Positions 37,512 through 46,848 of a DNA stretch of 64,000 nt are shown in pieces. Both the position numbers and the translations under genes were made by a program. The DNA is taken from positions 64,001 to 128,000 of the forward strand of contig PSMU01000003.1 in assembly GCA_040290255.1 (NCBI GenBank). Reading direction: 5' to 3'. Numbering within the stretch: the stretch's first letter is position 1; each line of letters opens with the position of its first letter. The stretch comes from Nitrososphaerota archaeon. GTDB lineage: Archaea > Thermoproteota > Nitrososphaeria > PSMU01. The notes under the pieces are model-generated. The model was not told where the DNA came from. It saw only the letters and a list, made by a program, of their open reading frames with translations, and did no database searches.

Positions 37512-38660
37512 CTAGCCGCTTTTCGCGATGGCCCAGGCGGGGTGAATCTCCGTCCACCAGCCGTGATCCGTATCCAGCACGAGGGCGCCTATCACCACAA
37601 CGCGGTCACCGGGCTTAAGGTCTAGGTGGGCCAGCAGGCCGGGCTGGTCCTTGGGCACGACCTCCACATGGATCGTCCCGCCGCGAAGGAGAAGGCTGCC
37701 CAACGTAAGCACATCCGCAAGCCCTTGCTCGGGAACTATATCGATGATAAAGTCGCCGTCCGTGGAGGGCCCCTGATTTGATATGATGCCCACGACCCTG
37801 CCGGCCGCCACATAGCACGTTGAGAGCACCCTCAGCCTTTGGGGGTCGTAAACGCCCTCGGAAACGTCGCCTCCACGGCAGATCGCCAGCAGGCTGCGCT
37901 GCTGCCATTGTGCGCCCTGAAGCGAATCGAGGAAGAAGGGGTAATGCGCGGCCCGCATCGCCATAGCGTAGGCCTGGCCGGATGCCAGGAGGGCTGGTGG
38001 CATGAGGGCTAGGCCGAGCACGAGGAGCGCCAGGGCGGGCTTTGTCCTGAAGCCCTTTATCAGCAGGGCCGACGAAGATGCGAGCAGCGCCAGGCCCAGG
38101 AATAAAGCAGCGGGAAGCAGGTAGGTGGACGCGGAGAGGAAGGTAAGGTAGAGGCCTAGGGCCAGCAGCGATAGGCCCACGGCCTTGGCGCTGAGGCGCG
38201 GCGCCCGCACGCTCACGTACCTGTGGGCCAGGTAGGCCGGGTACAGGTAAAGCACGTCCATAAAGGCGAAGGCGGCGGAGAGGCCGCCCTCCCCATAATA
38301 GAGCACGGCCAACAGCGAGGCCAAGAAGGCGCCCAGGAGCGAAGCCAGCGAGCCCGCGCCCAGCACGCCCAGCCTTGCCCTGAGCCTCGCAAATGCGAAG
38401 GCCTGCAGGGCCCTGACCGGCACGGAGGCCACGGCCACGAGGAGGAAGATCGAGCGCGTGGCATACAGCACATAGGCCGCCAGGCCTTGGCCCGCCGCGA
38501 CGGAAAGCGCCGCTGCGGAAGGGCCCAGCAGGAGGCCAGAGAGGAACAGCCCAAAGGCGCCCAGGCCGTAGCCCGCGAGCGGATAAGGGGTGTTACCCAT
38601 CGTGGTGGCGCAGCCGAAGACGAGCAGCGTGAGAGCCAGCGCCCGCGCCCAGGCCTTCAC
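37512..38660 (-). CDS. Multi-TM protein with ECF S-component-like N-terminus and C-terminal OB-fold-like 'EIHP' domain
   Basis: About 8 TM helices including GLLLGP; soluble tail GVYDPQRL...DGD...HVEVVP...DTDHGWWTEIHP. Confidence 0.65.
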   Translation of the reverse strand: MKAWARALALTLLVFGCATTMGNTPYPLAGYGLGAFGLFLSGLLLGPSAAALSVAAGQGLAAYVLYATRSIFLLVAVASVPVRALQAFAFARLRARLGVLGAGSLASLLGAFLASLLAVLYYGEGGLSAAFAFMDVLYLYPAYLAHRYVSVRAPRLSAKAVGLSLLALGLYLTFLSASTYLLPAALFLGLALLASSSALLIKGFRTKPALALLVLGLALMPPALLASGQAYAMAMRAAHYPFFLDSLQGAQWQQRSLLAICRGGDVSEGVYDPQRLRVLSTCYVAAGRVVGIISNQGPSTDGDFIIDIVPEQGLADVLTLGSLLLRGGTIHVEVVPKDQPGLLAHLDLKPGDRVVVIGALVLDTDHGWWTEIHPAWAIAKSG

Positions 38661-38684
38661 GGGCTGCTCATGAAAAGCGCCTAT

Positions 38685-39308
38685 TTAGAGCTTGGCGAGC
38701 ACCCAGCCCCTTGCCTTGGCCATAAGGGCCTCGAGCGGGCCCAGGTCGAGCGAGCGCAGGAGCCGGTTAAAGGCCAGGCCGTTCAACAGGCCCACGAGCA
38801 CGTCCAGGGGATAGTGTGCGCCCAGGTAGATGCGGCTGAAGGAGACCAGGCCCAGGAGCAAGAGGAGGTAAAGACGGGCGCGGTGGCGCAGGCGGGGCAT
38901 GAGCGCGGCATAAGCCGTGCGCTGGGCATGGCCGGAGGGAAGGCTGAAGTCCGACTCAAACTGCAGCGCGCGCAGGTCCTGGATGGCGAGCTGGGGCCTC
39001 GGCCGGGCCGCGACGAGCTTAGAGATGAGCGCGAAGGGCTCCTCGAGCATGAGCCCCAGCGCCAAGTAGGCGGCCGCGCGGAGCTCGCCCGCGAGCCAGA
39101 GATAGGCCGTGGCCGCCGCCCAGAAGGGAAGGCTGCCCAACTGCGTGATCAGCAGGAAGGCGTAGTCCAGCGCGGCGTTGCCCCGTGAGTTCAGCTGCAC
39201 CAGCAGCCATGCATCGTAGGGCGCGAGCCTGGGCCAAAGGGAGCCGAGGAAAGATGAGAGCATGAAGAGGGCGAGTGAATACGCCAGCGGACGCCTGGCC
39301 AGCTTCAA
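38685..39308 (-). CDS. PAP2-family phosphatase
   Basis: KxxxxRPRP, PSGH, SRIYLGAHYPLD motifs. Confidence 0.93.
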   Translation of the reverse strand: MKLARRPLAYSLALFMLSSFLGSLWPRLAPYDAWLLVQLNSRGNAALDYAFLLITQLGSLPFWAAATAYLWLAGELRAAAYLALGLMLEEPFALISKLVAARPRPQLAIQDLRALQFESDFSLPSGHAQRTAYAALMPRLRHRARLYLLLLLGLVSFSRIYLGAHYPLDVLVGLLNGLAFNRLLRSLDLGPLEALMAKARGWVLAKL

Positions 39309-39319
39309 GCGCAGGACCC

Positions 39320-40447
39320 CTATAGCACGAGCAGCTCCTTGGTCGCGGTAGTGAGCACCTCCCTCCCGCCCCGCTTGGCCACGGCCACATCTTCTATCCT
39401 CACGCCCCCCAGGCCCGGCACGTAAACGCCGGGTTCCACCGTGAAGACCATGCCTTCCTCTATCGTCAGCTGCTCCGAGGAATGAAGCCTGCCGCCGTCA
39501 TGCACGGCCAGCCCGAGGCCGTGCCCGGTGGAGTGAACGAACCGGCCCTTGAACTCCGTGGAGTCTATGTAAGAGGCTACCCTCCGGTGCACCTCGGCCG
39601 AGGTGGAGCCCGCCTCCAGCGCTTCGAGCCCGAGCCGGTTGGCCTCCAGCACCACCTCGTACATCCTCCTCAGCTCCTTCCCGGGCGGTCCAAAGAAGAA
39701 GGTCCTGGTGATGTCCGAGTTGTAGCGGCTAAACTTGGCGCCGTAGTCGACCAGCACCACATCCCCTCTTTTCAGCGGGCTGGCGCCGCTCACGTGATGT
39801 GGCAGCGCGCTGTTGGGCCCAAAGCCCACGATGGGCTCAAAGGCGGGGGCCGAAGCGCCCAGCCTCTGCATGCGGTAGCATAGCTCCGCGGCCAGCTCGT
39901 ACTCCCTTATCCCCTCGCTCACGGCTTCTAGGACCGCTGAGTAGGCCCTGCTGGCGATCTCGCAGGCCTTCCTGATCGCCTCCAGCTCGTGCGCGTCCTT
40001 GACCATCCTGGCCCTCTGCAGGGCCTTCGAAATGTCCACGAAGCTGGCCCCCTGAAGCAACCCCTCGAGCTGCTTAAAGCCCTCATAGGTGAGCTCGGCC
40101 CCGTTGACGCCTATTCTAAGGCCCTCCGTGCTGCCCAGCTCAGCCCTCAGCAGTCCCCTCAGCTCCTCCTTTTCCCTAAAGGGCACGACCCTGTATCCAT
40201 CGGCCCCCCTCTTGGCCAGCTCCTCCTCCAGCGGCGAGGTAAAGAGCACGGCCGACCCATCCGCCCTGGCCAGAAAGAGGCAGCCCTCGAAGAGGCCCTC
40301 CTCGAGCGCCGTCAGGTAGAAGAAGGAAAGGTCCAGGTGGGGCTCCGTTCCGTTGAGGAGCAGGAGCGCATCGGGCCGCGGGAGGCCCTGCTCCTCGATG
40401 CGTCGATAAACCCTGGCGATCCTTTCAGGGGTAAGGCCTGCGGGCAT
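39320..40447 (-). CDS. Xaa-Pro peptidase (M24 family)
   Basis: PHH, DYG...SDITRT, HSTGHGLGL.VHD, TVEPG, GVRIED motifs; start ATG 40447. Confidence 0.94.
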   Translation of the reverse strand: MPAGLTPERIARVYRRIEEQGLPRPDALLLLNGTEPHLDLSFFYLTALEEGLFEGCLFLARADGSAVLFTSPLEEELAKRGADGYRVVPFREKEELRGLLRAELGSTEGLRIGVNGAELTYEGFKQLEGLLQGASFVDISKALQRARMVKDAHELEAIRKACEIASRAYSAVLEAVSEGIREYELAAELCYRMQRLGASAPAFEPIVGFGPNSALPHHVSGASPLKRGDVVLVDYGAKFSRYNSDITRTFFFGPPGKELRRMYEVVLEANRLGLEALEAGSTSAEVHRRVASYIDSTEFKGRFVHSTGHGLGLAVHDGGRLHSSEQLTIEEGMVFTVEPGVYVPGLGGVRIEDVAVAKRGGREVLTTATKELLVL

Positions 40448-40516
40448 GCGGGCAGCGCCCCAGCCTGGTATTAAGGCTGTCGATAGCTTTAAATCGCGAG
40501 GCCAGCGCCGAAAGGC

Positions 40517-40843
40517 ATGGCCTCCAGGCCCTCGCTCGTGGCGGAGCTCTCCTGCACGCCCGTGGGCACGGGGAGCACGAGCACATCGGAGCTGGTGGCC
40601 GCCGCCGTCAAGGCCATCAGGAACACGAAGGGCGTCAAGTGCATGGTGACGCCGACGGCCACGGTGATAGAGGCCGAGGGCTTTGAGGCGCTCTTCGAGG
40701 CCATAAGGGCCGCGCACGAAGCGATGGCCGGCGCGGGCGCAAGGCGCGTCATATCCCACATAAAGATCGATGATAGGAGGGATAAGAGAAGAAGCGCCCA
40801 GGACATGGTGGCCGCCGTACAGAGGCATCTGGGTGAGCCCTAG
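40517..40843 (+). CDS. MTH1187/YkoF-family thiamine-binding protein
   Basis: PVGTGSTS...T.IE...AHE...RV...IKIDDRRDK pattern. Confidence 0.9.
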   Translation: MASRPSLVAELSCTPVGTGSTSTSELVAAAVKAIRNTKGVKCMVTPTATVIEAEGFEALFEAIRAAHEAMAGAGARRVISHIKIDDRRDKRRSAQDMVAAVQRHLGEP

Positions 40844-40851
40844 GGGTAGGC

Positions 40852-41478
40852 ATGGTGTTATCTCCGCTCATAAAAAGCCTAGGCTATGCCGGCATCTTCG
40901 GCTCCAGCTTCCTCGTCAGCCTCATCCCCTTCGTGCCGGTCCCCTACCTCCTGACGCTGACGTTCGCCGTGGACACGCTGGGCCTTAACCCGCTGCTCTC
41001 GGCCCTGCTGTACTCCCTGGGCTCATCGCTGGGAAAGCTGGCCATCTTCTCCGCGGGGAGGGGAGGGAGGGCTCTCCTGGGGGCGGAGGCCAAGTCCAGG
41101 CTGGAGCCCCTAGCTGGGCTGCTGAACAGGCATGCCTGGCTTCCCCTCATGGCGGAGGCGCTGCTGCCCCTCCCCGATGATACATACCTGCTGCCGCTGG
41201 GCCTGGCGAAGTTCAGCTTTGGCCGCTATCTGATCGCGATCCCGGCGGGCAAGTTCCTTCGCGCGCTCGTGGCCTTTGCGGCCTTCAGCCTGCTGCTGCG
41301 CCCCCTGCAGCACAGGTTTGGGGGCCTTGGGCTCGAGCTCGTGCTCGGCGCCACGTATGCGCTGCTCACCTTTGCCGCCATGCTCGTGATGGCCAAGGTG
41401 GACTGGAGAAGACTGCTTCAGGCCGGCAATAGGATAAATAAAGGGCATGAAGGCCTAGGGCGTGAGGCTAAGGCGTGA
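40852..41478 (+). CDS. VTT/DedA (YqaA-like) membrane protein
   Basis: IPFVPVPY, GSSLGK, PLPDD...PLG, GK motifs. Confidence 0.85.
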   Translation: MVLSPLIKSLGYAGIFGSSFLVSLIPFVPVPYLLTLTFAVDTLGLNPLLSALLYSLGSSLGKLAIFSAGRGGRALLGAEAKSRLEPLAGLLNRHAWLPLMAEALLPLPDDTYLLPLGLAKFSFGRYLIAIPAGKFLRALVAFAAFSLLLRPLQHRFGGLGLELVLGATYALLTFAAMLVMAKVDWRRLLQAGNRINKGHEGLGREAKA

Positions 41479-42061
41479 GGCCGCAGATGAAGCGGCCTTC
41501 TGGCTTTATCTGGCCGCGGTGGCGCTGAACGCCGCGCAGGTTGCCCTTGGGCTGGCGCGCCCCGGCGGGCTTTCGCCCCTGCAGGCGCTGGTCATAGCGG
41601 GCAGGAGCCCCCTCATCTTCCTGGCCACGCTGCTGCTGGCCTGCACGGCCGTGCTCTTGGAGGTATTACCTCATCCTGTCGAGGAGAGGCGCGCCAAGGC
41701 GTTGGGGGCCGCTAGAAACCTGCTGCTGCTATCCGTGTTCGTGCTGGCGCCCTGGGCCCTGGCCTTTGCGGCCAGCGGCCGGAGCTTGGGCGCGTTTTTG
41801 GGCTGGTTCCTGGACGCCAGGTATGCGATCCTGACCCCTCTATTCATAGCGCTGCTCGCCTTGCTCGTGCTGATGCCCAGCCCGCGCAGGTACCTGAGGA
41901 GCCCCCTGGCGCCGCTCGTCCTCCTGCTGCTTCTTCCCGTGGCCCCCTATGTAATGGCCAGGTTCAGCCCCTCGGATCTCGCCGGGCCGACCGCGCTGGC
42001 GGGCGCGCTGCTCATGCTGGTGCTGCTGTACGTCGGCTATTCGCTGGCAAGGCGAGCCTAG
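41462..42061 (+). CDS. Hypothetical multi-TM protein
   Basis: About 6 hydrophobic helices; operonic position before trmI. Confidence 0.7.
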   Translation: MRLRREAADEAAFWLYLAAVALNAAQVALGLARPGGLSPLQALVIAGRSPLIFLATLLLACTAVLLEVLPHPVEERRAKALGAARNLLLLSVFVLAPWALAFAASGRSLGAFLGWFLDARYAILTPLFIALLALLVLMPSPRRYLRSPLAPLVLLLLLPVAPYVMARFSPSDLAGPTALAGALLMLVLLYVGYSLARRA

Positions 42062-42063
42062 CG

Positions 42064-42852
42064 ATGCAGGAGCTGGTAGGGCCCGGGGAGCCGCTGCTGC
42101 TCTATCACGCGGGCAAGGCCTGGCTCATCAGGGTGAGGCCGGGCGGAGAGCTGCACACGCACCTGGGCGTGGTGAGGCATGAGGAGCTGCTCGGCAGGCG
42201 CTATGGAGAGGCGGTGAGGACCTCCAAGGGAAGGGAGCTTTACCTGATCAGGCCCACCATCAGGGACCTCGCGCTCAAGTTCAGGAGGGTCACGCAGGTC
42301 CTTTATCCCAAGGAGTGGGGGTTCATCGCATCATACCTGGGCATCGCCGCGGGCAGCAGGATCCTGGAGGTGGGCACCGGCAGCGGCGTGTTCTCTGCCT
42401 ATCTGGCCCATCTGGTAAAGCCCACGGGGCGCGTCATCAGCTATGAGAGGAGGAAGGAGTTCTACGAGGTGGCCCTCAGGAACCTGCAGGAGGTGGGCCT
42501 GCTTGAGTACGTAGATCTGAGGAACGAGGACCCCGGCCGGGGGCTTGGCGAGACGGGCCTGGACGGCGCCGTGGTGGATGTGGGCGATCCCTGGCTTCTG
42601 CTCGACGTCCTGCCCCCGGCGCTGAAGCCCACGGCTCCCTTGGCCTTCTGCGTGCCCACCTTCAACCAGGTGGAGAGGCTGGTGATGGAGCTCAGGAGGA
42701 AGGGCTACTTGACCATCGAGGCGCACGAGCTGCTGGATAGGAGGCTGGAGGTAAAGGAGGGGGCCACGCGGCCCGCCTCGAGGATGGTGGGCCACACCAC
42801 GTTCGTGGTGTTCTGCAGGAGCCCCGCCCCTAGCCCCAATAGAGCTGCGTGA
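42064..42852 (+). CDS. trmI: tRNA (adenine57/58-N1)-methyltransferase
   Basis: TQVLYPK, EVGTGSG, DPW, RP...GHT motifs. Confidence 0.93.
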   Translation: MQELVGPGEPLLLYHAGKAWLIRVRPGGELHTHLGVVRHEELLGRRYGEAVRTSKGRELYLIRPTIRDLALKFRRVTQVLYPKEWGFIASYLGIAAGSRILEVGTGSGVFSAYLAHLVKPTGRVISYERRKEFYEVALRNLQEVGLLEYVDLRNEDPGRGLGETGLDGAVVDVGDPWLLLDVLPPALKPTAPLAFCVPTFNQVERLVMELRRKGYLTIEAHELLDRRLEVKEGATRPASRMVGHTTFVVFCRSPAPSPNRAA

Positions 42853-43483
42853 GCTGCCGCCTGGCCTCCGCCCTGAAGTAGGCCCCTAGCAGCAGCCCCA
42901 GCGCGAAGCCGCCTAAGTGGGCCGTGTAGGCTATGGGGCTGAAGGGAAGCGCCAGCGCCTCCAGCGTCTGCAATAGGGCCATCAGCAGTATGATTACGTA
43001 GGCCGGCGCCACCAGCGGCAGGAAGAAGATGAAGAGGGCCAGCGGCCTCCTGGGAAAGAAGAGCATGAAGGCCGCCATCACGCCGAAGATGGCGCCCGAG
43101 GCCCCAATGGCGGGAACTAGGACGGCGAACGGGAGCGGGGAAAGGTAGTAGCTGTAGAGGCAATAGCTGAGCCCCGCCGCGAGGCCGGCGAGGAGGTACA
43201 GCAGGAGAAAGCGGGCGCGCCCGAGGACCAGCTCTATATCCCTGCCGAAGATGTACAGGGCCCACATGTTGAAGAAGATGTGCAGAAGGTCCGCGTGGAG
43301 GAACATCGATGTGAAGAGCGTATACAGGGCCCTGCCCTCTACGATGCGCGCGGGCACGAGCCCGAACCTGTCGATGATAACGCCCTCGCCCGCCGAGACC
43401 TCCAGGATAAAGCCCGCGAGGTTCAGCGCAAGGAGCGCGTAGGTTACGAGCGGCGAGCGCGCCCTCGCGACATAGAGCTCCAC
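42830..43483 (-). CDS. Rhomboid intramembrane serine protease
   Basis: FLH..LLHIFFNM, GASG, AHLGG motifs. Confidence 0.95.
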   Translation of the reverse strand: MELYVARARSPLVTYALLALNLAGFILEVSAGEGVIIDRFGLVPARIVEGRALYTLFTSMFLHADLLHIFFNMWALYIFGRDIELVLGRARFLLLYLLAGLAAGLSYCLYSYYLSPLPFAVLVPAIGASGAIFGVMAAFMLFFPRRPLALFIFFLPLVAPAYVIILLMALLQTLEALALPFSPIAYTAHLGGFALGLLLGAYFRAEARRQLTQLYWG

Positions 43484-43598
43484 CCCTCCGCCTGCCGCCG
43501 GGCAACTTAATAAGCAGGGCGAGGGCTTAATTTCGAGGACGAGGCTGTTTTTGCCATCGGACTCGCAACGTTATATATTGGCGGGGCGAACGCGCCGC

Positions 43599-43772
43599 GT
43601 GTGTCGGTACTGCTCCGTGCCTACATGTCCCTGCGGAGAGTGCGAGCCGCTTAAGGTCGAAGGCTCCCTGAGCAAAAGGGCTGCGGAGGGGGGCGGGCTC
43701 TACACGAGCCATATAGAGGGAAGATGCGAGGCCTGCAACCACAAGTATTGGATGATGGTGGCGAACTTCTGA
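43599..43772 (+). CDS. 57-aa Cys-rich zinc-finger-like protein
   Basis: MCRYC..TCPCGEC...CEACNH; TATA TTATATAT at 43571-43578 supports a leaderless GTG at 43599. Confidence 0.7.
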   Translation: MCRYCSVPTCPCGECEPLKVEGSLSKRAAEGGGLYTSHIEGRCEACNHKYWMMVANF

Positions 43773-43803
43773 GGCAGGGCGAATTTATTTAAGAGGTGGG
43801 AGG

Positions 43804-45045
43804 GTGCGCCAGAGGGTGCGCCTCGAGGAGCCTCCCCCTGAAGGCTCGCTGCATCTGGTAAACTCGCTCCTACATGTGACCTTCGTGGCGCTGCTGGGCG
43901 CGCTGCTGGGCCAGCGGCCTCCGCTGCTCTGGGGCACCTTGGCGGCCTTCGCGGTCAGCTCAAAGCTCTTCGCGCTCCAGCTCGAGGCATCGCTCGGGAG
44001 GCGAGGCCCTAGTGGAATGATGAGCCTGGCGGCCTCGCTGGGAATCTCCTCAGGCAGCCTGATCTTCTTGGGCTGGCCCTCCTCGCTCTTGGGGCTGGCC
44101 GTGCTCGCGCTTTATGCCACCTACCCTAGGCCCGTGAGCCTGGGCGAGAGGCCCGTGCTCGATATAGCCCATCACGGCATAAGGTACTGCCTCCTCTTCC
44201 TGCTCGGCTACGGCCTCTCCTTTCCCCTCGCCCAGCCCGCCTCCTACGCCCTTATGGCCATCTTCACCTCGAGCGTGGCAGGCGAGATCCTGTACAGGCT
44301 CAGGAGGGGAGGCGATGGGGGCACCGTGGCTCGGCTGGGCACAAGGACCTCCTCGGCCCTCGCGCTGGCCTTCTTGGCCCTCACGCTCCTGCTCGGCTAC
44401 CTCTTCCTGAACAGCGTTTACACCTTCAAGGTGGGCCTGGGAGCGTTACAGCTCTCCGTCTACGACGTGGCGATCCCGGCCCTGGGCCTATACCTTGCCA
44501 CGCCTCTTCTGGGCGAGCTGGTGAGGCGCGGGGCGCCCCTGAGGGCCCTGGTGCGGTTCAACAGAAGGGAGCTGACGGCCGCGGTGCTCGTGGCGCTCAT
44601 CTCTCTTTATCTGTATGCCCAGGCGGGGGCCGTGGCCGTGGGGAGGGAAGACGGCGCGGACTTCCTCTTGGACCTCAAGATCCGCGTGCTGGTGGCGGGC
44701 AGCCACAGCTGGGACGTGCCCTGGATCTGGTTCCGGTTCAAGGATTACTGCAACTCGTACTACGTCCTGCTCCAGACGAACGGCATCCTGGAGCTGGGCA
44801 AGGTCGTGAGGTGCCAGAAGGCGATCCTCGGGAGCGTGCAGACCTCGCTCTCGCCCTTCAGGGAGCACGAGTACAGGATACTGGCCCAGGGGAGCAGGAT
44901 AGAGGTCAGCGTCGATGGCCTTCAGTACTTCAACGTAACCGACAGCTCCCTGAGCTCGGGCAAGGTGGTGATAGGGCTGCCGGGCATGAAGGATAGGTCC
45001 TACCCGATGACGCTGGGCGAGCTGCGCTATCAGGCCCTGCCCTAG
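43804..45045 (+). CDS. Degenerate UbiA-like membrane domain fused to a ConA/DUF1080-like beta-sandwich
   Basis: YPRPVSLGERPVLD..HG resembles a UbiA motif; tail FRFKD..N.YYV...IEVSVDG...D..LSSGKV. Confidence 0.6.
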   Translation: MRQRVRLEEPPPEGSLHLVNSLLHVTFVALLGALLGQRPPLLWGTLAAFAVSSKLFALQLEASLGRRGPSGMMSLAASLGISSGSLIFLGWPSSLLGLAVLALYATYPRPVSLGERPVLDIAHHGIRYCLLFLLGYGLSFPLAQPASYALMAIFTSSVAGEILYRLRRGGDGGTVARLGTRTSSALALAFLALTLLLGYLFLNSVYTFKVGLGALQLSVYDVAIPALGLYLATPLLGELVRRGAPLRALVRFNRRELTAAVLVALISLYLYAQAGAVAVGREDGADFLLDLKIRVLVAGSHSWDVPWIWFRFKDYCNSYYVLLQTNGILELGKVVRCQKAILGSVQTSLSPFREHEYRILAQGSRIEVSVDGLQYFNVTDSSLSSGKVVIGLPGMKDRSYPMTLGELRYQALP

Positions 45046-45845
45046 GCCCGACGGGAGGCGTGGTCCACGGCCGCGGCGCCCCTGCCCGCCGTAATGCCGC
45101 CGTCGAGCGTGTAGAGCGCGCCCGTCGAGTAGCGGGCGTTGGCCAGCACGAAGGCGATGAGCTCCGCCAGCTCTTCCGGCTCGGCCACGCGGCCCAGCGG
45201 TATCGAAGCCCCCATCTTCCTCCAGGCCTCTTCGGAGGGCGGGCCTCCCAAGGCCCCCTCGATGAGTGGGGTCCTCACCACACCTGGCGCGACGCAGTTG
45301 ACCCTTATGCCCATGGGCGCGAGCTCCAGCGCCAGCGCCTTGGCAAGGGCCAGCACGGCGGCCTTGGACGAGCAGTAGGCCGCGCCCCTTGGATAGGGGG
45401 AGACGGCCGCTATAGAGGAGAGGAGCACGATCGAGGCCCTGGGGCTTCGCTTGAGGAGCGGCAGCGCCAGCTTACAGGCCAAGAAGCAGCCCTTCACGTT
45501 GACGGCATATAGGTAATCCCACTGCTCCTCGCCCAGCTCCTGCAGCGGCGCCAGCAACAAGGCCCCGGCGCTGCACACCAGGAAGTCGAGGGCGGGCTCC
45601 CGGCGCTCTATTTCGCCGAAGGCCGCCTTCAGCTCATCGGCCCTCGTCACGTCCGCCCTCAGGAAGGTGGCCGAGCCGGAGAGGCCCTGCTCCTTCATGG
45701 CGCGCGCGGCCCTCCTTTCATCCCTGGCAATGAGATAGACCCTCGACCCACGCATGGCCAGGGCCTTTGCCGTGGCGAGGCCTATGCCGGAGGTGCCCCC
45801 CGTGATGGCGGCCACGGTGCCCCTGAGCGAGGTCCCTTCTGACAT
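45042..45845 (-). CDS. Short-chain dehydrogenase/reductase
   Basis: TGGTSGIG, YCSSK, IRVNCVAPG, DGG motifs. Confidence 0.95.
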   Translation of the reverse strand: MSEGTSLRGTVAAITGGTSGIGLATAKALAMRGSRVYLIARDERRAARAMKEQGLSGSATFLRADVTRADELKAAFGEIERREPALDFLVCSAGALLLAPLQELGEEQWDYLYAVNVKGCFLACKLALPLLKRSPRASIVLLSSIAAVSPYPRGAAYCSSKAAVLALAKALALELAPMGIRVNCVAPGVVRTPLIEGALGGPPSEEAWRKMGASIPLGRVAEPEELAELIAFVLANARYSTGALYTLDGGITAGRGAAAVDHASRRA

Positions 45846-45896
45846 GTCGAGGCTTCGGCGGCTCGCCCTATAAGCCCTATAGCCAAGGGCTGCGGC

Positions 45897-46778
45897 TTAA
45901 GATGCCCTGCCCACGAGCGCCCTCATCAGCACCAGTGAGGCGGGCCCCAGCAGCGCGCCCACGGCGCTGCCTAGAAGGGCTGCGTAGAGCATGCTGGGCA
46001 TGAGCTGCGCCGAAAAGGGGTAGCTGAGCGGATAGAGCAGGAGCCCGCCCAGCGCGCCCAGCTCGAGGGCCCTATGTAGGCGCGCCGAAGCGGCCCCCAG
46101 GCTTGCCCCAAGCCATAGCGCGAGGCCCGCCAGCGGGGCCAGGGGCAGGTAGGCCTGCAAAGGAAGAGGGGGCCGCGCCAGCAGCGCCAGGGGGAGCATG
46201 TTGGCCGCATAGCTGGAAAGGCCCAACAGGAGAGGAAGGCGCGGGTTGGCCAGCCCCGCGGGCACGAGCAGGAGGGCGGTGCCCGCCCCCAGCAGAAGCA
46301 GGGCCGCCAAGGCCTGGCCCCGCTCCTGCAGCACCCCCGCCACGTAGAGCGATGAGCCCTGTCCAGTTAGCCAGAGCGCCACGAAGCCGAGCTGCACCAG
46401 CCGGGCCCTTTGCGCATCTGGAGCCGCATGGGCCAGGGCCAATAGGAAGCCCACCTGCGCGGCCAGGAGGCCCAGCGCCAGGGCCGCATGAGGGGGGCTT
46501 ATGGGCTCTATTTCGCCCCAGAGCCTGTGCTGCAGCTCGTTCCAGAGCCCGGCCCCCAGCTGCACGCAAAAGCCCGCCGTGGCCAGGCCATAGAGCCCGC
46601 TCCGCCTGCGTAGGCCCAAAAGGGCCCAGAGCCCCAGGCCCGTGAAGGTATAGAGCGCCAGGTGCGCGGGGTTCAGCGGCGGGTCTTGGCTGTAGACGAA
46701 CCTATGCGAGTAGATATCCCAGTAGCCCGACCAAGCTTGGCCGATGAGCGCCAGCGCCAGCAGCCCCCTTCGGTCCAC
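45897..46778 (-). CDS. Multi-TM protein with two PmoC/AmoC-like metal-binding motifs
   Basis: WDIYSH-x13-H and WNELQH-x12-H in the first four helices. Confidence 0.7.
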   Translation of the reverse strand: MDRRGLLALALIGQAWSGYWDIYSHRFVYSQDPPLNPAHLALYTFTGLGLWALLGLRRRSGLYGLATAGFCVQLGAGLWNELQHRLWGEIEPISPPHAALALGLLAAQVGFLLALAHAAPDAQRARLVQLGFVALWLTGQGSSLYVAGVLQERGQALAALLLLGAGTALLLVPAGLANPRLPLLLGLSSYAANMLPLALLARPPLPLQAYLPLAPLAGLALWLGASLGAASARLHRALELGALGGLLLYPLSYPFSAQLMPSMLYAALLGSAVGALLGPASLVLMRALVGRAS

Positions 46779-46848
46779 GCCTTTACCACGAAGAGGAGGC
46801 CTTATACGCTTCAGCTACTCTTATATAACGCGATGCGCCTGGGCGTGC

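Noticed and set aside
40448-40828. 127-codon N-terminal extension of the Xaa-Pro peptidase ORF
   Set aside because: It is antisense to the MTH1187-family gene and crosses the AT-rich divergent promoter; the real start is ATG 40447.
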